The notes under the pieces were generated by a model. That model made no database searches. It was not told the DNA's origin and worked only from the letters and a program-made list of their open reading frames with translations. From an uncultured Phycisphaerales bacterium (GTDB lineage Bacteria > Planctomycetota > Phycisphaerae > Phycisphaerales > SM1A02), in contig CALKEP010000064.1 in assembly GCA_938084645.1 (NCBI GenBank), positions 1-20,677 of the forward strand: a stretch of DNA of 20,677 bases, written 5' to 3'. The first letter of the stretch is position 1; the number at the start of each line of letters is the position of its first letter. This document shows, piece by piece, positions 1 through 7,835 of this stretch. A program made the translations under genes and the position numbers.

Positions 1-129
1 ATCGAATTCTTCGACAGTCGGGCGGATCCGGGAAGCGCGCAGTTCAAGGCGGCGATCGAGAAGGCGACCAGCAAGGCGGCCGCGGTGAAGTCCGGTACCA
101 CGAAGAAGGCGCCGTCCGCCGGGGCCTGA
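1..129 (+). CDS. 3' end of a CDS running in from the left edge (unknown product, Lys/Ala-rich tail)
   Basis: Frame 1 is open from base 1 to TGA 127-129 (IEFFDSRADPGSAQFKAAIEKATSKAAAVKSGTTKKAPSAGA*), almost all codons end in G/C, and it converges on the 143..1309 gene. Confidence 0.7.
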   Translation: MEFFDSRADPGSAQFKAAIEKATSKAAAVKSGTTKKAPSAGA

Positions 130-142
130 AGGACCGACCCGT

Positions 143-1309
143 TCAATCCGAAGCGTTTTCATCGCCCGGGCGCTCGACGCCCCGGGCGATGTGTCTTCTC
201 AGGGGGGATGTGAGATCGATGGCGGCCGCGGCGATCACCAGGGCGAAGCCGATTCCGGGGCCGATCACGCCGAGGGCCATCGCGGTCGCCGTCACGGCGA
301 GCTGCGGCCCCGCCACGTCGGTCACCGACAGCGATGCCCGGAGCGGCGAGGTGGCGGGCGCGTTGGAGAGTCGAAGGCCCGCATACCAACCGAGCCAGCG
401 ACCGTCTCCCGCGATGAGGATGAGGAGCAGGGTCAGTCCCCACGGGACGTCGAGGAAGAACTCGCTGCGAAGCACGCACACCGCCGCCAGGGACGGCAGA
501 AGGGCGTCGTCTCGAAGTCGGCGGAACCCGCGGCGAAGACCGGGCTGACGGATGAGGGGGATGCACATGGGGACGGCGCAGATCCCGACAACACCCCATC
601 CGCTGCCGCTCTTCCAGGCCGCGATCGCGGCGATTCCGCAGGCGATCCAGATCGCCGTCGATGACGCTCGTTCGAGAAAGGCCGAGGCTTCGCCCGCGAG
701 GCGTCGGTCTCGTGCTTCGATCGACCAGCCCGCGATCCCCACCGCGGCGGCGGTGAACATCGCTTCCGGCCCGAATGCCTCCCGACCGGTCATCGCGAAG
801 ACGGTCCAGGTGGCGAGTGCGGGAAACAACGCCGCCCAGGATCCCGCGGCCACCGAGTCGTCTCGATTCGGCGTCGGCTCCAGCGGACGGCGGGATGCCC
901 GTCCGCTGGCGGCCGCGCCGGCGGCGAGAAGAACGCTCAGGATCGCCCAGGGGCGGGCATGCGTCGTCTCCACCGCCTGGAGCCGGGCTTGGAGCGGCTC
1001 GAGTTCGGCTCGATGCCGTACCGCCTCTTCGTCGAATTCCTCCGGTGACAAGGGCACGGTCGCGGCGGCGAACCGCCACGCGGCGTGATCTCGCTCCACT
1101 TCGTGGATCCGGGCCCGTTCCATCTGCCCGCCCATCACGATGCGGATCCAGTCATCCGGGGCGATCCGGCCGAGCACCACCGGGCCGAGGATGATCCCCA
1201 CCACGAGGCCGCCGATGATCCTGGCGCCGGGGAGCCCGAGTCCTCGGAGCAGCCTTGCGACTCCGATCGCGGCGACCATGGTCAGCAGCAGGAAGATGGA
1301 GAACGTCAC
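143..1309 (-). CDS. Polytopic membrane protein, divergent cation:proton antiporter (CPA2/KefB-like)
   Basis: GTG start with GAGGA upstream; many hydrophobic segments; N-terminal 'LGLPGARIIGGLVVGIILGPVVLG' resembles the CPA-family P..G.I..G...GP motif; C-terminal 'ALGVIGPGIGFALVIAAAAIDLTSP' resembles CPA2 terminal helices. Confidence 0.6.
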   Translation of the reverse strand: MTFSIFLLLTMVAAIGVARLLRGLGLPGARIIGGLVVGIILGPVVLGRIAPDDWIRIVMGGQMERARIHEVERDHAAWRFAAATVPLSPEEFDEEAVRHRAELEPLQARLQAVETTHARPWAILSVLLAAGAAASGRASRRPLEPTPNRDDSVAAGSWAALFPALATWTVFAMTGREAFGPEAMFTAAAVGIAGWSIEARDRRLAGEASAFLERASSTAIWIACGIAAIAAWKSGSGWGVVGICAVPMCIPLIRQPGLRRGFRRLRDDALLPSLAAVCVLRSEFFLDVPWGLTLLLILIAGDGRWLGWYAGLRLSNAPATSPLRASLSVTDVAGPQLAVTATAMALGVIGPGIGFALVIAAAAIDLTSPLRRHIARGVERPGDENASD

Positions 1310-1399
1310 GTCGGTCCTCGGTGCAGCCGGAAGAAGGATGCCGCGTTCCCGATGATCGCGGCGGGGATCGGCATAGAGTACGAGGACAGGAGCCTGACC

Positions 1400-3178
1400 A
1401 TGATTCGAATCTCACGTCGCCGACGAAGCCTCTCCGCGCTCGTCCTCGCCACTCTCTTCGGTCCTCTCGGATGGAGTTCGACGATCCATGCGGATCGGCT
1501 CGCCGACGCCCTCGGCATCGTCCCGGACGATGCGGTCGCCTGGATGGTGATTCCCAGCCTCTCGGCCCTGAACGCGGATCTTGGTGACATGCTGGATCGG
1601 GCGAATCGGCCGGAACTCGCGGTGGCGGGCCGGCCGATCGACGTGATCATCTCGCAGTTCGGAATCGCGGCCGGGTTCGACGAACGCGGGTCGCTCGCGG
1701 CCTGGGCCGAGTCCGGGGAATCACTGGCGGACGGCGATGGCGTCGTCGCGATTCCGGTGGAGGATGCGACGCGGTTCATCGAAGCCAACTTCGAGGCGGA
1801 CGCGGCCGAAGGTGATTCGGCTCATCGAACCCGGGATGGTGAAGTCGTGCATCTCAAGGTGGTCGAGGCTCACGTCCTGATCGCCTCGCGCGAGGATCTG
1901 CTCGCATCCTGGAAGCCGAGTGAACGGCTCGCGGACGAACTCGCGAAGGGATTCGGCCCCGATGCTTCCAAGGGAATGCGACAGGCAGACATCCTCGTTC
2001 GAATCGATGGTGGGACGCTGCAATCGACTCGCGCCGCCGTGATCGAGGCCGCGGAGGCCAATGCACCGGCGGCGGGGATGGCCGGCATGGCGGATCTCGG
2101 GATGGGATCGATGATCGACCGGCTCGGGTCGGACGCGGCGGAACTGGTGCTCGCGGTCGACGTCGATGCGCTGGCGATCGGCGTCCGCAGTTGGACCCGC
2201 TTCGATGCGGGTGGCCCCATGTCGGCGCTCGCGACGAAGATCGGGCCCCCGGCAGGTGGTGCGTCGGGGTCGGTGCTCGGTCGCCTGCCCAGCCAGCGGT
2301 TCTACATGGCGATGGGTGTCGACTTCGACGGTCTCGGTGGCTATGCCGGGATGATGGAACTTCTTTCTGCGCTCGATGTGGACGCGGCGATGGTCCCCGG
2401 ATGGATGTCGACGATCGGACCTTCGATGCACGGGATGGAGTTCGCGATGTATCCCAGCAAGCTCGGCGTCGCGATGGGGGGGGCGTTGAACGATGCCTCG
2501 CTGGTTCTCCTGACCGAGGATCCCGAGTCCGTGCGATCGGCGATGGCCGAGGCCGTCCCGGCGATGTCGGGCGTCACGGGGGCGCTGGAGCGGAAGACGA
2601 CCTGGCAGAACGACGTGAAGCAGCGCAAGGGGGGCGTCGCCGATGAGTTCGAGATGACCGCCGCGATCGCGAAGGCGAACCAGCGTGACGACTCGGGAAC
2701 CGTCGGCGATGCCTCGCTTCAACTCACCGTCGAGAAGATGATGTTCGGGCCGCGTGGTCTCAAGGGCCTCGGGCAGGTGGTCGGGGGCGGCTACGTCATG
2801 ACGTTCAGTCGCCGTCCCGACGTGCTTGCCCGGGCGGTCGAGGCCGGGGTGACCGCGCCGGGTCTCGACTCGGATCCGACGCTGACGTCGATGCGTTCGT
2901 GGTTGCCGACGAATCCCGACGTCGAGATGTTCATCGACGTGGGTCAGCTCGGGCGACTGGCTCGGCAGGTGGCGAGCCTCGTTCCCGGCGCGGACGGCAT
3001 GGTGCCCGAGCTGCCGACGGACATGCCGCCGATCGGATTCGGACTGGCGTTCGGCCGGGCCGGCGAGGAGGCCCGTCTGGAATGGGCGATGGTGGTGCCG
3101 AGCGAGGTCGTCGGCCTCGCGGTGGGGAACGCCATCTCGCAGGCGATGGGAGACGTCCGGGGCGAGGGCGGCGGATGA
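1400..3178 (+). CDS. Uncharacterised exported protein, 592 aa (DUF3352-like character, tentative)
   Basis: Start moved from 1085 to ATG 1400: CAGGAG RBS upstream, avoids overlap with the divergent gene, and begins with a signal peptide (MIRISRRRRSLSALVLATLFGPLGWSSTIHA). The stop overlaps the folP start (ATGA, 3175-3178). Confidence 0.75.
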   Translation: MIRISRRRRSLSALVLATLFGPLGWSSTIHADRLADALGIVPDDAVAWMVIPSLSALNADLGDMLDRANRPELAVAGRPIDVIISQFGIAAGFDERGSLAAWAESGESLADGDGVVAIPVEDATRFIEANFEADAAEGDSAHRTRDGEVVHLKVVEAHVLIASREDLLASWKPSERLADELAKGFGPDASKGMRQADILVRIDGGTLQSTRAAVIEAAEANAPAAGMAGMADLGMGSMIDRLGSDAAELVLAVDVDALAIGVRSWTRFDAGGPMSALATKIGPPAGGASGSVLGRLPSQRFYMAMGVDFDGLGGYAGMMELLSALDVDAAMVPGWMSTIGPSMHGMEFAMYPSKLGVAMGGALNDASLVLLTEDPESVRSAMAEAVPAMSGVTGALERKTTWQNDVKQRKGGVADEFEMTAAIAKANQRDDSGTVGDASLQLTVEKMMFGPRGLKGLGQVVGGGYVMTFSRRPDVLARAVEAGVTAPGLDSDPTLTSMRSWLPTNPDVEMFIDVGQLGRLARQVASLVPGADGMVPELPTDMPPIGFGLAFGRAGEEARLEWAMVVPSEVVGLAVGNAISQAMGDVRGEGGG

Positions 3179-4077
3179 GGTCGGCTCCTGCCTGGCGTCT
3201 GGGACCGGACCGGAGCGTCGCGCTCGAGCCCTGGTGCCTGATGGGCATCCTGAACGCGACGCCGGACAGTTTCTCCGATGGCGGTGAACACCTCGATCCC
3301 GAGCGGGCGATCACGAGCGGACTTCGGATGATCGAGGCGGGTGCGACCGTGCTCGACGTGGGCGGGGAGTCGACGCGTCCCGGAGCGCCTTCGGTGTCGG
3401 TCGACGAACAGATCGATCGGGTCGTGCCGGTGATCGAGGGCATCCGTCGACAGGCATCCGGCGAGTCGGTGGCGATCACGATCGACACCACCCGGGCAGC
3501 GGTCGCGGACGCGGCGTTCGACGCCGGTGCGGATGCGCTGAACGACGTTTCGGCGGGTACCGAGGATCCGGACGTCCTCGGCATCGTCGCCGGGCGTGAT
3601 CGAGGTGTGGTGTTGATGCATCGACTGAAGCGACCTGCCGAGGACTCCTACAGCGACGCCTACGAGCGATCGCCGGTGTACGCCGACGTCGTCCAGGACG
3701 TCCTGTCCTTCCTGCGACGTCGTGTGGAGGCCGCGATCGCGGCGGGCGTTCATCCGGCGTCGGTGGCCATCGATCCCGGGCTGGGTTTCGGGAAGACCGT
3801 GGATCAGAATCTGGACCTGATCGCCGGGCTTCCGGTGTTCGTCGAGACGGGCCATCCGGTCCTCGTGGGCGGGAGCCGGAAGAGCTTTCTCGGCGCGACC
3901 TCCGGCATGGCCGAGGCACGCGACCGGGATCCGGAGTCGGCGGTGCTGGCCGTCGAGTCGTGGCGGGAGGGGGCTCGGTTCTTCCGAGTTCACGACGTGG
4001 GGATTCACCAGCGATCGCTCCAGATCGCGTCGGCGATCGGGCGGGCGGGACGATTTCGACGGGATCTCTCCGGTTGA
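3175..4077 (+). CDS. folP: Dihydropteroate synthase
   Basis: Motifs MGILNATPDSFSDGG, DVGGESTRPG, IDT, NDVS, LMH, IDPGLGFGK, GSRKSF, RVHDV. Start at ATG 3175 by ATGA coupling to the upstream stop. Confidence 0.97.
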   Translation: MRSAPAWRLGPDRSVALEPWCLMGILNATPDSFSDGGEHLDPERAITSGLRMIEAGATVLDVGGESTRPGAPSVSVDEQIDRVVPVIEGIRRQASGESVAITIDTTRAAVADAAFDAGADALNDVSAGTEDPDVLGIVAGRDRGVVLMHRLKRPAEDSYSDAYERSPVYADVVQDVLSFLRRRVEAAIAAGVHPASVAIDPGLGFGKTVDQNLDLIAGLPVFVETGHPVLVGGSRKSFLGATSGMAEARDRDPESAVLAVESWREGARFFRVHDVGIHQRSLQIASAIGRAGRFRRDLSG

Positions 4078-4251
4078 ATCGGCCGCCTTGGGGCGTTGGC
4101 CCCGTCCGGCTTCCGAGATCGGCCGTGGGCCCGACCGAGCGGTCTCCGAACGGCTACCATTCCCATCCCAATCGCGCGGTCTGAGGTGACCGGCGAGATC
4201 GATTCTTCAATCATTCCGCCGCACGCGGGCGATCTTCAAGGAGCCGTTCGA

Positions 4252-4581
4252 ATGGCCAGCACCGCCGTCTTCGAGTTCACCGACGCCAATTTCGAGACCG
4301 AGGCCATGCAGTCCTCCCAGCCGGTCCTCGTCGACTTCTGGGCGGAGTGGTGCGGTCCCTGCCGCGCACTCGCGCCGACCATCGACGAACTCGCCGGCGA
4401 CTATGAGGGTCGCGCGAAGATCGGCAAGGTCGACGTCGACTCCAATCGCGAGGTCGCTGCCAAGTTCCAGATCATGTCCATCCCGACCATCGTGATCATG
4501 AAGAACGGCGAGGTGGTCAAGAAGGTCGTCGGCATCGCCGACAAGGCCGATCTCGCGGCCGCGATCGACGCCGCGATGTGA
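4252..4581 (+). CDS. trxA: Thioredoxin
   Basis: VLVDFWAEWCGPC active site, SIPT cis-Pro loop, 109 aa; AAGGAG RBS at 4238-4243 before ATG 4252. Confidence 0.97.
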   Translation: MASTAVFEFTDANFETEAMQSSQPVLVDFWAEWCGPCRALAPTIDELAGDYEGRAKIGKVDVDSNREVAAKFQIMSIPTIVIMKNGEVVKKVVGIADKADLAAAIDAAM

Positions 4582-4613
4582 ATCGCGATTCGAATCAGGC
4601 CTGCAAGTGACGT

Positions 4614-4650
4614 CGTCGCCCGACCCCCGTGGTCGGGCGACGGTCTTTTT
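4614..4650 (+). terminator. Rho-independent terminator after trxA
   Basis: Perfect 12-bp stem CGTCGCCCGACC / GGTCGGGCGACG with a 5-nt loop, followed by GTCTTTTT. Confidence 0.85.
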
Positions 4651-4706
4651 GGAACTTCTCGCCGCGGCGTGCTCGATGTCGTCGCCCGAATCGTCAGAAT
4701 GGCACG

Positions 4707-6998
4707 ATGCCCGATCTGGATCTGCGATCATTCCCTCTTCTGGTGACGCTCATGACCACGCTGGCCTCGCACGCGGCCGGGGCCGGTGATCCGACCCCGA
4801 TCACCACCAACGATCTGCTTCGCCTGCGAACGATCCGGGATGTGGCGGTCGATCGTCTCGGTCGATTCGCGGTCATTTCAGTGGAGGCGTTCGAACGAAC
4901 CGGCGACGCGGATCGTCCCATCCGTCCGGGTGATTGCGTGATTCGCCGGCACCTTCACCGCATCGACCTCGAGGACGTCGACGCGCCGCCGCGGCAGCTG
5001 ACCTTCGGTGACCGACGCGACTCGAGCCCCGTGCTCTCGCCGGATGGGACGCGACTGGCGTTCGTTCGCGCGGGCGAGTCCAACGCCGATGACGACGAGG
5101 ATGCCGGGACGCAGATCTGGATCCTGCCACTCGACGGCGGTGAGGCGAGGCAGGTGACGCGGCTCGAGAACGGAGCCGATCGACCGCGCTGGTCGCCGGA
5201 CGGGCGCGCTCTCGTGGTGGAGTCCCGGCGATCTCTTGCGGAGATCATTCGTGAGGATGGTGCCCCGACCTGGGCCCCGACGCGGCCGGGACGGAGCCGG
5301 CACGATGAAGCCGAGCGGACTCGATCGGAGGCGGATGGCGTCCGACCCGATCCCGGCGGCACGCTCGCGGAGGTCCGGGCCTGGCTCGAAGGGAACACCG
5401 CCGACCGCAATCCACGGCTCGTCGATCGAATCGCCTTCCAGGGCGAGAAGGCGATCGAGGAGCGGGTCCGCTTGCGACAGGTGTTCCTCGTACCGATTGG
5501 TGACGACGCGGGTCCACCTCGCCGCCTCGGTCGTGGTGTCGTCGACCGGTTCGACCCGGTGTTTTCGATCGATGGGCGGAGCGTCGTCATGGCCGCGCGC
5601 AGTGGAGAGGTTCATCCCGATGAAATCCTCGATGCCCGACTCGAGCGAGTGGATCTCGCGGAGGATGCCTCGTCGACGGTGATCCTGGAAACGGCCGGGT
5701 GGGCGTTCACCGACCCGATGCCCGGTCCGGACGGAAGTCTGCTCGCCTTCAAGGGAAGGCCCATGGACGAGCCGTTCTACCGCGGATCCCGCATCGGCCT
5801 CATTCCGGTCGCCGGTGGTGAACCGATCTGGGCGACCGACGGGGCGGAACTCGACGTCGACGAATTCCAGTGGTCCAACGAAGCCGCGAAGATCCTCTTC
5901 ACCGCGGCGAGTGCGGGGGCCGTTCCGCTGTACGCCGCCAGTCCCGCGACCATCGAACCGATCGAGATGGTCCGAATTCGAGATGGTCTCCCCGCCAAGG
6001 TCGGGCGCTTCGCGGTGGGCGGGGACGTGATCGCATGGTCGGAATCCTCTTCGGCGAATCCCTCGGTGCTTCGTGTGCTGGTCGACGGCACCGAGCGACC
6101 GGTCTTCGATGCGAACGCCTGGCTTGCCGACCGCCACGTGGTTCGTCCGACGGAGGGCTGGGTGGAGCGGCCGGACGGACGTCGTATCCAGTACTGGCAG
6201 CTTCCCCCGCTCGGGATCGAATCGGGGGAGACCGCGCCATTGATCCTCGCGATCCACGGCGGTCCCAGCGCGATGTGGGGCCCCGGCGAGGCGACGATGT
6301 GGCTCGAATGGCAGCTCTCGGCCAGCTGGGGATTCGGCGTGGTCTACTGCAATCCGCGTGGTTCCGGCGGTTACGGGGAGGCTTTCCAGCGAGCGAATCA
6401 TCAGGATTGGGGTCCCGGCCCCGCGTCCGACTGTCTTGCGGTCGTCGATGCGGCATGCGGGCGGGAATGGGTCGATTCCGATCGACTGGTGGTGACCGGG
6501 GGGTCCTACGGGGGATACCTCACGGCCTGGATGATCGCGCACGACGATCGATTCAAGGCGGCGGTCGCACAACGGGGGGTCTACGACCTGGCGACGTTCT
6601 ACGGCGAGGGGAACGCCTTTCGGCTGGTGGACTGGGCGTTCGGCGGGCGTCCGTTCGAGCCACGGTTCCGGGAGCTGATCGAACGCAACAATCCCTTCGA
6701 CGACGTGGCGGACATCGAGACACCGCTGCTCGTCCTGCATGGCGAGCAGGATCTGCGAACCGGCGTGAGCCAGTCTGCGATGATGTTCCGGGCACTACGG
6801 GATCTGGGGCGTCCGGTGGAGTACGTCCTGTATCCGGACGCAGGCCACGACCTCAGCCGATCCGGGGATCCCGTGCAGCGAATGGATCGACTCGACCGGA
6901 TTCTCGAGTTCTTCACGCGGTTCGTCGGTTCGAAGCGGATGCTGCCGTCCCCGGCCGTACCGGACGCTTCCAAGGGCGACGATTCCGGGGCTTCCTGA
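4707..6998 (+). CDS. S9 family (prolyl oligopeptidase / acylaminoacyl peptidase-like) serine peptidase with TolB-like beta-propeller, probably exported
   Basis: PD40-like repeats (SPVLSPDGTRLAF, PRWSPDG); IHGGP; NPRGSGGYG; nucleophile GGSYGG; Asp in HGEQDLR; His in AGHDL; hydrophobic N-terminus. Start at ATG 4707 because 4629 lies inside the trxA terminator. Confidence 0.92.
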   Translation: MPDLDLRSFPLLVTLMTTLASHAAGAGDPTPITTNDLLRLRTIRDVAVDRLGRFAVISVEAFERTGDADRPIRPGDCVIRRHLHRIDLEDVDAPPRQLTFGDRRDSSPVLSPDGTRLAFVRAGESNADDDEDAGTQIWILPLDGGEARQVTRLENGADRPRWSPDGRALVVESRRSLAEIIREDGAPTWAPTRPGRSRHDEAERTRSEADGVRPDPGGTLAEVRAWLEGNTADRNPRLVDRIAFQGEKAIEERVRLRQVFLVPIGDDAGPPRRLGRGVVDRFDPVFSIDGRSVVMAARSGEVHPDEILDARLERVDLAEDASSTVILETAGWAFTDPMPGPDGSLLAFKGRPMDEPFYRGSRIGLIPVAGGEPIWATDGAELDVDEFQWSNEAAKILFTAASAGAVPLYAASPATIEPIEMVRIRDGLPAKVGRFAVGGDVIAWSESSSANPSVLRVLVDGTERPVFDANAWLADRHVVRPTEGWVERPDGRRIQYWQLPPLGIESGETAPLILAIHGGPSAMWGPGEATMWLEWQLSASWGFGVVYCNPRGSGGYGEAFQRANHQDWGPGPASDCLAVVDAACGREWVDSDRLVVTGGSYGGYLTAWMIAHDDRFKAAVAQRGVYDLATFYGEGNAFRLVDWAFGGRPFEPRFRELIERNNPFDDVADIETPLLVLHGEQDLRTGVSQSAMMFRALRDLGRPVEYVLYPDAGHDLSRSGDPVQRMDRLDRILEFFTRFVGSKRMLPSPAVPDASKGDDSGAS

Positions 6999-7037
6999 TC
7001 GACTGGGGCCGGGTCCCGTCGAAATCCTCTGCATTCC

Positions 7038-7066
7038 TTGCCGCGGACGAGGGAGGGGGGTATTCT
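7038..7066 (+). promoter_or_regulatory. sigma70-type promoter of tRNA-Ala
   Basis: TTGCCG (7038-7043), 17-bp spacer, TATTCT (7061-7066), about 60 nt upstream of the tRNA. Confidence 0.7.
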
Positions 7067-7128
7067 CTTCGCCTTCGGCCTGAGGCCGATCCAGACGACG
7101 CCGAGCCCCATCTCGACGTCGAATCAAC

Positions 7129-7201
<73 letters not shown>

Positions 7202-7207
7202 TTCGAC

Positions 7208-7248
7208 GCGACCCGCCCGATTCAATCGTGGCGGGTCGTGCTGTTTTT
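7208..7248 (+). terminator. Rho-independent terminator after tRNA-Ala
   Basis: Stem CGACCCGCC / GGCGGGTCG extended by CGAT/ATCG, followed by a T-rich tail (CTGTTTTT). Confidence 0.75.
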
Positions 7249-7300
7249 CCAGCTTCCGTCCACCGAGTACGGCGAAACGCGCTTTGGATCGCCCTAGCGA

Positions 7301-7322
7301 GGACGAGGAGGTGGTACTCTCT
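7301..7322 (+). promoter_or_regulatory. Candidate extended -10 promoter for the DUF1476 gene
   Basis: TG-G-TACTCT at 7312-7320 (TGnTAnnnT), between the tRNA terminator and ATG 7401; no convincing -35. Confidence 0.4.
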
Positions 7323-7400
7323 GATGCCGTGGAAATCTCCGCGGATCATCAATGGAAGCGGCCGGAACCGATCGGTCGCCCGGCCCGAGGGAATGTGACG

Positions 7401-7721
7401 ATGAGCGAGAGCGGATTCGAACGACGTGAAGAGGGCTTCGAAGCCAAGTTCCATGCCGAGGGCGATCAGAAGTTCCGACTTGAGATGCGTCGCGACAAGC
7501 TCTTCGCGCAGTGGGTCGCGGGCCAGCTCGAACTTTCCGGTGATGAGGCCGAGGAATACACCAAGACGGTGATTCGCGCCGATCTCCAGGAGCCGGGCGA
7601 TCAGGACGTGATCGCCAAGGTCAAGGCCGACCTCGCCGCCAAGGGAATCGAGATCTCCGAAGCCGAGCTTCAGGAGGAACTCGACCTCTGTGCCGAGGAC
7701 GCCGCGGCTGAGAACGGCTGA
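7401..7721 (+). CDS. DUF1476 family protein, homolog of the F1Fo-ATPase inhibitor zeta subunit
   Basis: 106 aa matching the zeta pattern as I recall it from Paracoccus denitrificans: F..RE...EAKF......F....RR..L...W.A..L...G..A..Y...V...D..EPGD.DV..K...DL. GAGGG upstream of ATG 7401. Confidence 0.9.
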   Translation: MSESGFERREEGFEAKFHAEGDQKFRLEMRRDKLFAQWVAGQLELSGDEAEEYTKTVIRADLQEPGDQDVIAKVKADLAAKGIEISEAELQEELDLCAEDAAAENG

Positions 7722-7835
7722 GTCCGAGGCGAAGCGATCTTCCGGAACTGACTTCGAGACGGTCACGCCGATGTGACTCGGCGGATTCATCGCCCGAGAC
7801 GCTTGATCGACTCCGAACTCGGCCAGGCCACGGGC

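Noticed and set aside
4078..4251. Possible riboswitch or ncRNA between folP and trxA
   Set aside because: No recognisable aptamer motif; only a lone TACCAT -10-like hexamer at 4155-4160.
4878..6740. 620-aa antisense ORF, and similar long shadow ORFs (159..1079, 1721..2722, 2944..4008, 5870..7138, 13121..14590, 15787..16992, 17835..18686)
   Set aside because: They overlap well-supported genes, have no recognisable motifs, and are expected from stop-codon scarcity in high-GC DNA.
7324..7398. 24-codon uORF (MPWKSPRII...EGM) ending 2 nt before the zeta start, with GAGGAGG upstream
   Set aside because: RBS spacing is long (12 nt), the same bases fit a promoter better, and there is no coding evidence; ribosome profiling would be needed.
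7762..7783. Overlapping short hairpins (GTCAC/GTGAC and CGCCGA/TCGGCG) between convergent genes
   Set aside because: Stems of only 5-6 bp with no U-tract; too weak to call a terminator.
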